This document shows positions 40,559-52,846 of a stretch of DNA of 64,000 bases, piece after piece. The stretch lies in contig OX597816.1 in the NCBI GenBank assembly GCA_951406725.2, positions 121,644,001-121,708,000 on the forward strand, given 5' to 3'. Below the pieces are notes generated by a model. It saw nothing but the letters and a program-made list of their open reading frames with translations. It ran no database searches and was not told where the DNA came from. A program made the position numbers and the translations under genes. Source of the DNA: Octopus vulgaris (Eukaryota). Numbering within the stretch: position 1 is the first letter of the stretch; each line of letters begins with the position of its first letter.

Positions 40559-43500
40559 TATATAATTGTATATGGCTAAAATAACTTTTATTACAGAACA
40601 GACCTGCTCAGTCTGGACGGAGGAGGGGGAGGAGGAGAAGATAACATTGATGAAGAAGAAGCTTCAACTTCTCTAACAAATGTATATATAATTGTATATA
40701 TGTATATATAAAAATGTATGTATGGCACAGATGTGGCTGTGTGGTAAAAAGCTTGGTTCCCAACTCACATGGTTTTGCTTCAGTTCCAATTCATGGCACG
40801 TTGGCTATCTTCTACTTGAGAGTGGATTTCGTAGACAGAAACTAAGAGAAGCCCATCGTGTGTGTGTGTGTCTTTGTGTCTATGCTTGTTATTCCCCACC
40901 CCTGCCACGCTACCACTTGACAACCAGTGTTGGTGTGTTTACTTCCTTGTAACTTAGCAGTTCAGCAAAAGAGGCCAATAGGATAAGTGCTGAGACTCCC
41001 TTTGGTCATGAATGACCATGGGATTGCACCTAGAAAGTTACCCTCCCAGGCACAAGTCTGGGCAAGGTTGTTTATGGAAGACCAGCAGTCACCCATGCAT
41101 ACCAGCCTTCCCTCTCCACACCACCAGTGTTATCCAAGAGAAAGGCAAAGAGGCTGATACAGCTTGGCACCTGTGACATCGCAACTCATTTCTACAGCTG
41201 AGTGAACTGGAGCAACATGAAATAAAGTGTCTTGCTCAAGAACACAACACACAGCCTGAATTCGGACTGCCAACCTCACGATCGTAAGCTCAACGCTCTA
41301 ACCACTAAGCCATGCACCTTCACAATAGGATAAGTACTAAGCTCAAAACAAAAACATAAGTCCTGGGATAAGTACTAAACTCAAAAACATAAGTCCTGGA
41401 GTCAATTTGTTTGACTAAAACTCTTCGAGGTGGTGCTCCAGCATGGCCGCAGTCAAACAACTGAAACAAGCAAAAGAATAAAATAAAAAAATAAAAGAAT
41501 ATGCTCACACACATACATACATGCATACATAAAATTATGTAACTAATGTGAACACTACATTATCATGATTAATCTACTAGTAATATTTATATATATGTTG
41601 TGTTGTTGGCACTGATTGTCATTAATAAATGCATGTGTCCATCTAACAGCTGTGCCTATCATCAAATATGTATAATGCATGTAAGCATCAATGGACAGTG
41701 TGATGTTCTTGTTGAGTAGCCAAAATAATATGACACGGCATTATTTGAAGCTGTTATCTCCTACAGCCTGCTGGCATGTATGAATTGCTGTCTTACCTCT
41801 ATTATACACAGAAAAAGACAAAAAAAAATAGTACCAGACTCTTTCAGTGCAATGAATTGAACAAGGGTGCGTCTAGCAGGGCAAGCAATCCGTGACCTGC
41901 TAGAAACAGTAGCTAAGTTTCCCTTGGGTCATACTTTACTATCTGTAGCATATTTGATAACGTAGTCTAAGAGATGCAGTATGTTTCCAGAAATGAGGGA
42001 GAGAGAGGGGGGGAAGATGGGGCTAAAACAACTTTGATCACAGAACAAACCTGGTCAGTTTGAACAGAGGTTGAGGAATGGATGAAGGATGGAGGGAAGG
42101 AGGAGGGGAGGAGAGGAAGAGGAGGAGGGGTGAAGAGGGGGAGGAGGGAAGAGAGGAGGAGGAGGAGGAGGAGGAGGAAACATTGACAAAGAAGAAGCTT
42201 CAACTTCTCTAACAAATGAAGAAATCTCTATGGCTTCTTGACCTGCCTAGAAATAGGAATCAAATCTTCAAATTACACATTCTACCAGCTTGAGAGAAAA
42301 AAATGTGGTTGGTACATTGGACCACATACTTCTGTAAAAATAAAAAGAAAAACAGAGGAGAGGGTTGTGGTTGGAATTTCTGTTGAGCAACAAGTTATCT
42401 CTTATAAGTAATCAAAAATTAACAACAAAAAACAACAGCAAAAATTCCTCCAACCCAATCTATTTACCAGTATTGTTTCTGAGTGTGTATGTGTGTGAGT
42501 GTGTGTGTGTGAGAGAGTGTGTGTGTGTGTGTGTTTTCTGAAAGTAATCTTTGAATGAAGGCATTGATAACTAGGTCAATAAAATGCTGTATAATTAACA
42601 AATAAGTCACGAGTTTGCATATTGTTAGCTCAGCTGTTCTGTTTGCAGAAATAGGCAAGCATTGTTGACATGCTCTTTGAGGATCAACTGTAAGTATTTT
42701 ACAAAACGTTTGGCCTCACAGCTGAGCTCTGAATGAGAAGTTCTATAATTGAATACATTCCAGTCTTGACTATCTCATCCTTTTAGAGGTATGAAGGATT
42801 ATCCAATAATGTTGTTTCTGTTTTGAAGCAGTAGAAGTGCAATTTGTGGATGTGTGTGGCTTAGTCGTTATGGTGCCAGACTCTTGATTGTAAGACTGTG
42901 GTTTAAATTCCTGGACCAGGTGATGTGTTATTTTCTTGAGCAAAGCGCTTCATTTCATGTTGCTCCATTCCACTCGGCTGACAAAAATAAATAATCCTGT
43001 GACCGCCCAGTGTGGGGAGTTGATATGACATGGAAACCAGAAAGCTGGCCCTTATGAGTTGGCATAACTCGAGATGGTAACTAGAGAACTAAAAAGGAAG
43101 TATAATTTGAGGGAATTATGGCATGAAGGTGGCATGTAAAAAACACCATTTGAGCGTGGCCATTGCCAGTACCACCTGATTGGCCCTCGTGCCGGTGGCA
43201 CATAAAAGCACCCACTACACTCTCAGAGTGGTTGGCATTAGGAAGGGCATCGAGCTGTAGAAACTCTGCCAGATCGGATTGGAGCCTGGTGCAGCCATCT
43301 GGTTCGCCAGTCCTCAGTCAAATCGTCCAACCCATGCTAGCATAGAAAGCAGACATTAAACGATGATGATGATGATATGCTATTTTTTTCATAAGGTTGG
43401 GCAACCATGTACTGTCTCTTTTGTTGGCTCATGTATTTAGGCAGTTAATCTAATTCCATATTTCTCACTTTATCTAGCTATCAGGAATAGGTACCATATA

Positions 43501-43732
43501 ATCTAAGCACATCGTATGCAATGCATTAGCATTCTAAAAGGAGCATTTATTTTTCACCTATTTAATCTCTTGGACCCAGAACTAATTTCCAACCATTAAT
43601 GACCTTTGTAAGCTTAGAAGACACAAATTATATTTGGGTATGCCATATCCATTTTCAAAACACTTCACTCTAAAATGAAACAGACCTTGTAGCATTATCT
43701 GTATATATCATGAAAAGTAACCAACAACTTAC

Positions 43733-43752
43733 CACTATAAACAGTAGTAACA
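43733..43752 (-). CDS. Candidate 20-nt microexon
   Basis: tatcaattttacag|TGTTACTACTGTTTATAGTG|gtaagt with consensus splice sites. Confidence 0.3.
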
Positions 43753-44687
43753 CTGTAAAATTGATAAATATTTCAGTAGCTTGCAAAGCAGATTTCAAAA
43801 TCTCTCTCAACCCTTTTGTTACCATATTTATGCTGAAATACCCTGCCTGTCTTTCAATTAATCTTGAAAATAATGAAGAATTTAGTAAGATAACTTTGTT
43901 GCTATTAAGCTGGTATCTAGACCACAAATTAACATGAAAATTTTGACAGAAAATTTTAATTTAGATCACTTTAACACAGGGAATTTGTATCATAGAACTG
44001 TAGGTGGTTTCAGGCAGGTTGGTATTAAAAGGGTTAAGTAGTTTGGAGAGGTATGGGCTCTTTCAACTTAAGAATATTATTTCTTAGATTTTTTTCTTTA
44101 CCAGTTCACCATTTCAATTTTGCATGTACACATAAGAAAAAGTAGTCATATATACAACACAATTTATTGCATGATAGCTTTATATTAATTTGATATTAAC
44201 ATCCTTAAAATAAACATTAAGGAAAATAAATTCTGCTAACACAAAGCAAACATTGATAACGAATTGTTCAACCTAAAAACAGATTTCTTTCTGAAATCTC
44301 CAAATTACCCCTGGAATTTTGAAATTTTGCCCCCAAGTTAATAATTACCACTTTAGAGATACTATGTGAAGACAATGTATATGGCATGCTAACAACAGAG
44401 CTTCTAGCAACAAAGAAGTTTTTCTCAACTGCTAGAAATAGCTGAAGCATATCTTTGAAATCATTCCTTATCACCTTAAAAAGGGAAAAGACATCGGCTC
44501 ATACAGACTAAATTAAACTATTCCTAAAGAAATTACTGGAAGCTCAGGGCTTGAATGTTTGTTTATTAATTAATTAATTTATTTATTTATTTAACATTGA
44601 TGACTTACTTTGGACAAATGTGGATTTAAACCACAACTATAGCATAATTTGTGGTGTTACAGTGGCTTATAGTGTTAAGGAACTCAC

Positions 44688-44731
44688 CAGTTTCCAGTAA
44701 AGAGGTAGTAGCTATACCCTTTATGCTATAC
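44688..44731 (-). CDS. Candidate 44-nt exon (YSIKGIATTSLLET)
   Basis: ccattccacacattccag|...|gtgagt; one open frame, phase-compatible with the 43733-43752 microexon. Confidence 0.35.
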
Positions 44732-44945
44732 CTGGAATGTGTGGAATGGTGAGAGGAAGTTAAATAATGCAGACACAGTAAGTTTTCAAAAGAGCATAGT
44801 CTTCTGTACTAATGCTGCATAACATTGATAGACAGACAGATAGACAAACAAACTGACAGAGAGATATGTTTGTGAATAAACATTGTATGGAATGATAACA
44901 AGAAATAAATACTAGAGAGAGATGCATGTGAAAAAGAAATTTTAA

Positions 44946-44981
<36 letters not shown>

Positions 44982-46064
44982 TATCATATCATTGTTTTGC
45001 ATCTTCTTTCCATGCTGGCATGGAATTAGTTTGCCAGTTGAACTTAGCACTTAGACTTTTATGTATAGGCCTAAATTAAGTGATAGCATAATTAGTGTAT
45101 AGTTAAGTGCTAGCATAATTAATGAGACAAAGATGTTCTAATTAATTGAAATTACACCCATGATAAAAAGAAAGGGTCATTAGCTTACTCGTTGTCATTC
45201 AGAGTGTCACTCTGAATATTTTTCCTTATCTTTTATTTCAATGTAATTACACCTTTTACTCCCCAGCTACATCATCAACATTGTATTTTTTTATAATTGA
45301 TCATCTCCTCTGCCTTTCTTAACTGGAATTGATTATTAAGTTAATGATTCTTTTCCTCACCAAGTGTCTAATTTTAATAAATTATAATTTTTTAGTTTGC
45401 TTGTATAACTTCAGAAAATATATGAAATATAAATGTTCAATAACATCATGTAGTCATGGACAAAAAATTAATTAATTAATTAATTAATTAACTATGAAAA
45501 ATCACCTGGAGCATTCCCATGAAAGGAATTGGACTTAGTTGGCATAATTGCATAAAAAATAAAACTTCCTGTTGCTTGAATTGATGGAATTATTTGAGAT
45601 GTAAATTCTTAAATTTGTATTAACTATTGATTTATTAAATGTCTAAATGTATGAAATGGATTAATATTTACTCAGTTATAATTTTCCAAGACTATTAACC
45701 GCATTTTTAGAGATGGAAAATATTGTAATATTTACATCTGTGATATATTTTGATCAGTTTAATTTCTGGTCATTATTTGATTTCTTATTCTTGAACATTT
45801 TTATAGTACAGTACCAGATTGGATTCATTTAAAAAAAAAAAGAAAAGAATATAGTATTAGCTAACTGTGGAAGTAAATACATTATGTCAAAACAAATAAA
45901 AAAATATATGAAAAAGTAAATAGTGTGGCTGTGTTGTAAGAACCACATGGTTCCAGATTCAGTCCCACTGTGTGGCACCTTGGGCAAGTGTCTTCTACTA
46001 TAGGCTTGGGCCAACCAAAGCCTCGTGAGTGGATTTGGTAGAAGAAAACTGAAAGAAGTCCATC

Positions 46065-46125
<61 letters not shown>

Positions 46126-46129
46126 AATG

Positions 46130-46160
<31 letters not shown>

Positions 46161-46416
46161 CTGTGTCTGTCTTTGTCCCTCCATCACTGCTTGACAATCA
46201 GTGTTGGTATGTTTATGTCCCTGTAACTTAGTGGTTCAACAAAATAAGTACTAGGCTCAAAAATATAAGTCCTGGGGTCGATTTGCTCGACTAAAATCCT
46301 TCAAGGCGGTACTCCGGCATGGCCACAGTCAAATGACTGAAACAAGGAAAAGTAAAAGCAAAGAATAAACACCTGAGATTATAGTGGCTGAAATATCTTT
46401 CATTATAGGTATATTT

Positions 46417-46672
46417 TAGTGGTTTTCAACCATTTTTTGCCCAAAGACCTTTTGATTCCTATTTTACTTGACTTAACCTCTTTAACCATTTGCTGTATAA
46501 TAAAAAAAATCTTACTGTATTCTTTATAATTAAATATTATTAGAAATTGTATTTAAAAAATTTGAATATTTCAAGTATTGTAGAAGTGTAACCAATTTAT
46601 TGAAGATAAATTTTAACAACAAAATCTTATATCGACCTCCAAGGACTATGTGGACCCTGGTTGAGAATCATG
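46417..46672. mobile_element. hAT-like MITE; relatives at 50259-50372 and 51405-52165
   Basis: Termini of the (C/T)AGTGGTT(C/T)TCAAC...GTTGAGAA(C/T)CA type with ggggtcc/ggaccc subterminal motifs. Confidence 0.6.
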
Positions 46673-48927
46673 TGTTTAGATGATCTGGGTTGGCTTGGGG
46701 CTAATCAACAACAAGAAGGAAATCTTATTTAATGATCCAACACAGAAGCCTCTACACTAGACATGGCCAATCTGCAACCTAGGGGACTCTCTGAATGGTG
46801 TGTCAAACAAAAATATTACCTTGAATTTTTTCTTTTTTTTTTTTTTTTGCAGTGTGGCCTGCCTAATGATGAGTTTTGTCTCATGCAGCCCACTTCTTGG
46901 AAAAGATTGCCCATGCTCTATGCTGTCGTTAGTTCAGCTTGAAGTAGTAACCAAATATTCCTTTGATCATAGATCTGCTGAATCTGATCTAACCCAGGGT
47001 TAAACAACAACAGTACATGATAAACAGAATTATTTAACTGTCATTTGCAGTAGTATGGTACATACAATGAAATACCATTTTACAAAAGCTTTAATGCTAA
47101 AAATAGAATATAAAAATAGACACCACAAATGATGGAGATGAATAATTGAAAAAAAGAAAAGCAAAAACACAAACAGAAATCAGAATTAAGTGTTTTTAAT
47201 CTCATTAATTTTCTGTTCGCTCTTCAGAACGTGTTGCTGTACATTTCTGTGATACATCTGTTATTATACATACATACATATATATATTATATATATGTAG
47301 GGGGGGTTCGTGCATGTGTGTGTGTGTGTGTATGTATGTATCTTTTATGTTTTATTTGTTTCAGTTATTTGATTGCAGCCGTGCTGGGGTACTGCCTTGA
47401 AGAGTTTAGTCAAAACAAACCAACCCCAGCACATCTTTTTTAAAGTCTGGTACTTATTTTCTCAGTCTATTTTGCTGAAGTGTAAAGTTACAGTTACAGA
47501 GATGTAAACAAACCAATACTGGTTGTCAAGTGGTAATGGTGGTGGCAGTGGGACAAACACGAATATGTGTGTGTGTATATATATATATGTATGTATGAAT
47601 GTATATATACAGAGTACAATGGGTAAATTTTCACCATATTATATTGTTAATTTCATGCATGTACATTGTTTGTTTCTGATTTTGTCAACTACACAATATA
47701 GAAGCCTTAGTTGGGCATCTTCCATGAGAAAAACAGCACCATGATGCAATTCATTCCACCAGAAATTTGGAAACGACATACTGTACATCTCAAAGTGTTC
47801 GGGTGTCAATCTGAGGACAGTGCACAGGATTCAGAAAGAGTTGAATGAGTCTAATGGTGATTACAAAAGTATGGTAGCTCAGAAAACTCACAATGATCAT
47901 TCTTGGAAAAGGATTCTTGAATTTGTTGGTGAGATCCAGGCCATGATTGACAACAATTCCTCCAAGTCAATCAGGTCCATTACCAGAGATGAGAGTGTCT
48001 GAGTTACTACCAAGTTACTGTCGATTCGGGTAGCCGGTCCTCAACTGGGTTAACATTCGACAGACTCTCCTCCTCCAATTCATTCTCCACATTCAACAGT
48101 CTTTTATAATGGCATTTCCAAGCCTCTATCTTTGCAGAATCCTTAAATGCAAGTGCACCATCATCCATGTGGACACATTTCTCTCCCATGTCATCACACT
48201 TTTCTCTCACACCCTGTCTTGCAATCCGAAATACTTCAGCTGTTTGGTCCTCACTATGCTGAACATAGGCAAACTTCTTCTTTTCTACTTCTCCCTTATG
48301 CCTGTCTCCTAGCTTTCCTTCTAGCTATCTGATACAGTTCCCTGCTGCCCCCACTCTTCCAGGCCTTTCAGGCCTGTTTCTTTGCTCAAGTAGCCCTGTC
48401 TATTGTATTGTTCCACCACCACGTTACCCTGGCTCTGGAAGGGGCTTTGCACCAGCCACAGATTTGGTCTTTGGCACTCAGTAAGTTGTCTTGCAGGAAT
48501 TCCTAGTTGCCCTCTAAGTCACAAGTTTGTAGCTCCTCCTCCCTCTCAAATTTCTCAATTAGGATGTCCCTAAATATTTGACCATATGAAGGGTCCTTAA
48601 GCTTCCAAATCTTTCTTTTCCAGATTGATCTGCTTCTTGGCATCCTTGTGACCTGGAGTCTAAATTTGCTAATGACTAGTCTATGCTGGGATGAACATTC
48701 TTCACCAGGAAGGGTCTTTGTATTTAAGAGTAACCATGCATCACCCTGTCTAGTGAGAATGAAATTGATCTGGCTAGCAGTCACCTGATTTATAGATTAT
48801 CAGGTGGCTGGCCTGCTTCCTGAAGTTGGTGTTGCAGATCGATAGGTTATTTGCATCACAGAACTCCAGTAGCTTTATTTACATTATTTACAATTGACGG
48901 ATATTTGTCCTCATCTTGTTTGTTGTT

Positions 48928-48973
48928 AACACAACGTTTCAGCTGATATACCCTCCAGCCTTCATCAGGTGTC
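48928..48973 (-). ncRNA. Minimal type I hammerhead ribozyme
   Basis: GACAC-CTGATGA-A-GGCTG-gagggtatat-CAGCT-GAAA-CG-TT-GTGTT: intact core, stems I and II pair, and stem III is the palindromic AACGTT. Confidence 0.8.
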
Positions 48974-49063
48974 TTGGAGAAATTTCGAACCTGGGTTCTC
49001 ATTCCTAAGGTATTTTTTTATATTGTTGTTGTTGTTGTTGTTCTTGTTCTTCTTCTTCTTCTT

Positions 49064-49138
<75 letters not shown>

Positions 49139-49311
49139 GTTATTGTTATTATTCAGGTCACTGCCTGGAATCGAACTCAGAATCTTGGGGTTAGTAGCCT
49201 GTGCTCTAAATCACTACGCCATATAACAACAACAACAACAGCAGCAGTAGCAACAACAACATCATCAAAAAATACCTTTGGAATGAGAACCCAGGTTCGA
49301 AATTTCCCCAA

Positions 49312-49357
49312 GACACCTGATGAAGGCTGGAGTGTATATCAGCCGAAACATAGTGTT
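49312..49357 (+). ncRNA. Hammerhead ribozyme, second copy with mutated stem III
   Basis: GACAC-CTGATGA-A-GGCTG...CAGCC-GAAA-CA-TA-GTGTT. Confidence 0.65.
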
Positions 49358-51572
49358 AACAACAAACAAGATGAGGACAAATAACTGTCAATGTAAATAA
49401 TGTAAATAATGTACATAATTCCTCATCTCTTAAATATAGAACTCCAGTAACCTTGTTCCTTCTTCATTTCAGGAGCCAATTCCATGATCCCCCATGTCCA
49501 CCATGGAAGATACCAGGCTGCCATCTGACATGCCTATTGAAATCCCCAGCCATGGAGATTCCAATGGGCATGTCGGACAGCAGCCTGGTATCTTATATAT
49601 ATATGTATGTAATGTATGCATGTAATGTATGTATGTATGTATGTATGTATGTATGTATGTATGTATGTATGTATGTATGTATGTATGTATGTATGTATGT
49701 GTGTATGTATGTATGCATGCTTCTATACGACTGAAATCTGAATCATTGCTGACACGGGATGAATAGCTAACATCTGAATGACTAATGTCATTAATGGTAT
49801 GAATACATGAGTATAGTCACATATAATAAATACTCTGCTGCTTTGATTATTATATGTTATAGCTGTTGTTGTTGTTGTTGTTATCATCATCATCATCATT
49901 ATTATTATTTACATATTTATTTATTTACTTTACACAATTTAATCAGAGTAGAAAGGTCAGAGGACATGACTTTTTTTCATCAAGGCCTCCAAGGTTAGTG
50001 AAAAGAAATTACCGTCAGACCAGAAACCAAATCTAAATGCTTAGAACAGAGTGAACCGTTCTAAAGACTCTCTACTAAAGAGCTAGGTGGTTGCATTAAA
50101 CCTGATAATGAATTAGGTTTACTGCCCAAGAATAGGAACAATCCTGTCAACAGTCTTACACACAGTTTTCATCAACTAAAAATTTTGCCCACAAGGCTTA
50201 CAAACCAGAAACCACATAATAACAGTGAAATTCTTAACCGCAAAACCATGCCTTAGATCAGCGATTCTCATCTGGGGTCCACATGACCCCTGAAGGTCCA
50301 TATAAGATTTTTAGGGGTCCATCTCAAAGGGATTCATGAATAAAAAAAAATTTAAATGGTTGAGAACTACTACTGCCTTAGATAATATCAACCCTGATCA
50401 AACAGACTTATATAAAAAGCATTCCAATAGTGACCATCCCATCTATCTCTATATAAGTTGTCTCTATATAAGTTTTTAAAGATGAATATTTAAAAGCTAA
50501 AAGTCAAATAAAAATTGAAAAATTTTTTGTTCACCTTGTTTAATTGCTTATGTTTAAGAAAGTGGTAAATTACATGTTTTTAAGACTCACAAGTATTAGT
50601 GAAGATTTTGCAATGCCTTAAATTATATTTTTTATAAATTTCAGGTGCAGTTGGATAGCCCCTAGGATATGTAGGACTACATAACCTAATAGTTCACAAC
50701 TTCTGTTTTCACTTTTTATTCCATTATAGTATAGTGAAGTTTAAGGGAAATCTGGCTGCTGCTTTTAGCCTGCTGAGTAGTAGCATTGAATCTCCTAGAT
50801 TGCTTAATGCCTTTTGGATGGGAAGAACATTCTCAACAATATTTGCAGTGTTGACCAGAACTTCCTCTTTCAAGGAATTTGTATTTTTGTACTGCAGTTT
50901 TACTATGTCAAGCAGTGATTAAGTTTGTTGCTTTCTCAAGATGAATACCGCAGTTTAGAAGGCTTTCAATAGTATCATCATCATCATCGTTTAACGTCTG
51001 CTTTCCATGCTAGTGCATTAGAATCTAGGAAGCTATTTATTATGTGCGCACATACACATGCACACACACATGCACACACATACATGCACACACACACACA
51101 CACACACACACACTGGGGATCTGAGAGACGAGAGTATGGCAAGCCTGATTGGATGATGATGATGGTGATGATGATGATGATGATGAGGAGGAGGAGGAGG
51201 GCATAAGGTCTTAGTAAAAGTGATAAAAGAGGCAAGGTGTGGAAAGTTCACTTCTGCAACTTAGTGGGTTGTAGTTGTGTTAGTCAGTGAACCAGAGGCT
51301 TGCTGTGTTGTGTTTAAATTCTCTCCATGCAACAGAAAAGAAAAGAGATACAGAATCCATGACCACATTTCAGAATGGAATAAGTCTGATTTTAGTGCCT
51401 AACCCAGTAGTTCTTAACTGGGATCCATATGGCCCTTGGTGGGAGGGGGGGGGGGCAGTGTGGCCCTTAGGGATCCATGTAAGATTTTCGTATTAAAATT
51501 TATATGCAATAAATTGGTTATATTTCTGCAATGCATAAAATATAAAAAATTTTTATGCAATTCCAAATAATA

Positions 51573-51987
51573 GGTGCAGGAGTGGCTGTGTGGTAAGTAG
51601 CTTGCTTACCAACCACATGGTCATGGGTTCAGTCCCACTGCGTGGCACCTTGGGCAAGTGTCTTCTACTATAGCCTCGGGCCAACCACAGCCTTGTGAGT
51701 GGATTTGGTTGACAGAAAGTGAAAGAAGCCCGTCATATATATGTGTGTGTGTGTGTATGTTTGTGTGTCTGTGTTTGTCCCCCCCAACCACCCAACATCG
51801 CTTGAAAACCGATGCTGGTGTGTTTATGTGCCTGTAAATTAGCAGTTCGGCAAAAGAGACTGATTGAATAAGTACTAGGCTTACAAAGAATAAGCTCTGG
51901 GGTCGATTTGCTCAACTAAAGGCGGTGCTCCAGCATAGCCACAGTCAAATGACTGAAACAAGTAAAAGAAAGTAAAAAGAAAGAGAG
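51573..51987 (+). mobile_element. Full-length tRNA-derived SINE, GGAGTGGCTGTGTGGTAAG family; other copies at 29700-29880, 35980-36330, 40725-41480, 45925-46365
   Basis: A/B-box-like head, CORE-like CACCTTGGGCAAGTGTC, internal (TG)n and an A-rich tail; flanked by a ~54-bp duplication. Confidence 0.9.
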
Positions 51988-52393
51988 TATATTTCTACAA
52001 TGCATAAAATATTAAAATTTTTTATGCAATTCCAAATAATATTTAATTATAAAAATACATTAGAACTTTTTTTATATATATTGATCAAATGGCTATGGAG
52101 GAACAGTAGAGTATAATAGGAATCAAAGGGGTCCATAGGCAAGAAAAAATGGTTGAGGACTACTGGTCTGATCTATTCAGAAAGGAGTAATGTGTGAGTG
52201 AAAGATGGGATAGTCACATTTGGAACTCTGTTGATCATAGGTTTCCTTGGTCAGGGTTAATTTGTTGCTAAACAGCAAATAATAAAAGATGGGAAAAAAC
52301 AAAATGTATTAGTAGAAACAATATCCAGAGCCAAAATAGTAACAAAAGTTAATAGAGAAAGGAAAAAATGGCAATGGCCTAAACAGCAATTAT

Positions 52394-52658
<265 letters not shown>

Positions 52659-52812
52659 GCTGAAAGAAGAGTAGTAACAGTAACAGCAGAAGCTATAAGA
52701 GACACTAAAACAGTAACAGTAGCAGCAGCAGTAGCAGCAGCAGCTGTTGTAGCTGTAGTAGTTCTAACAAGTATTAGCAGATATGACTGTTGTACCAACA
52801 TCAGTAGTCATT

Positions 52813-52846
<34 letters not shown>

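Larger units (their letters stand above)
48872..49437. mobile_element. Composite non-autonomous retroelement: tRNA-like head, microsatellite, and inverted hammerhead-bearing tails
   Basis: 12-bp TSD agaactccagta (48860-48871, 49438-49449); arms ~48875-49030 and ~49255-49410 are reverse complements; head at 49151-49223 (-) has A box TGGCGTAGTG and B box GTTCGATTCC. Confidence 0.85.
48005..49590 (-). mobile_element. RTE LINE endonuclease-linker fragment split by an insertion at 48872-49437
   Basis: GDFNRHV..RNEEGTRLLEF / LLEFCDANNLSICNTNFRK..QINFILTR..GEECSSQHRLVI are APE-domain motifs that read through across the insert. Confidence 0.9.

Noticed and set aside
41770-41835. Possible minus-strand recursive splice site (pyrimidine tract + AG|GTAAG)
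   Set aside because: GAG acceptor context is atypical, and such motifs are frequent by chance in AT-rich DNA.
49151-49223. tRNA gene
   Set aside because: The 5' acceptor-stem strand is missing and the sequence is embedded in a TSD-flanked insert; it is a SINE head. The same applies to the tRNA-like heads at 7574, 51573 and ~59590-59655.
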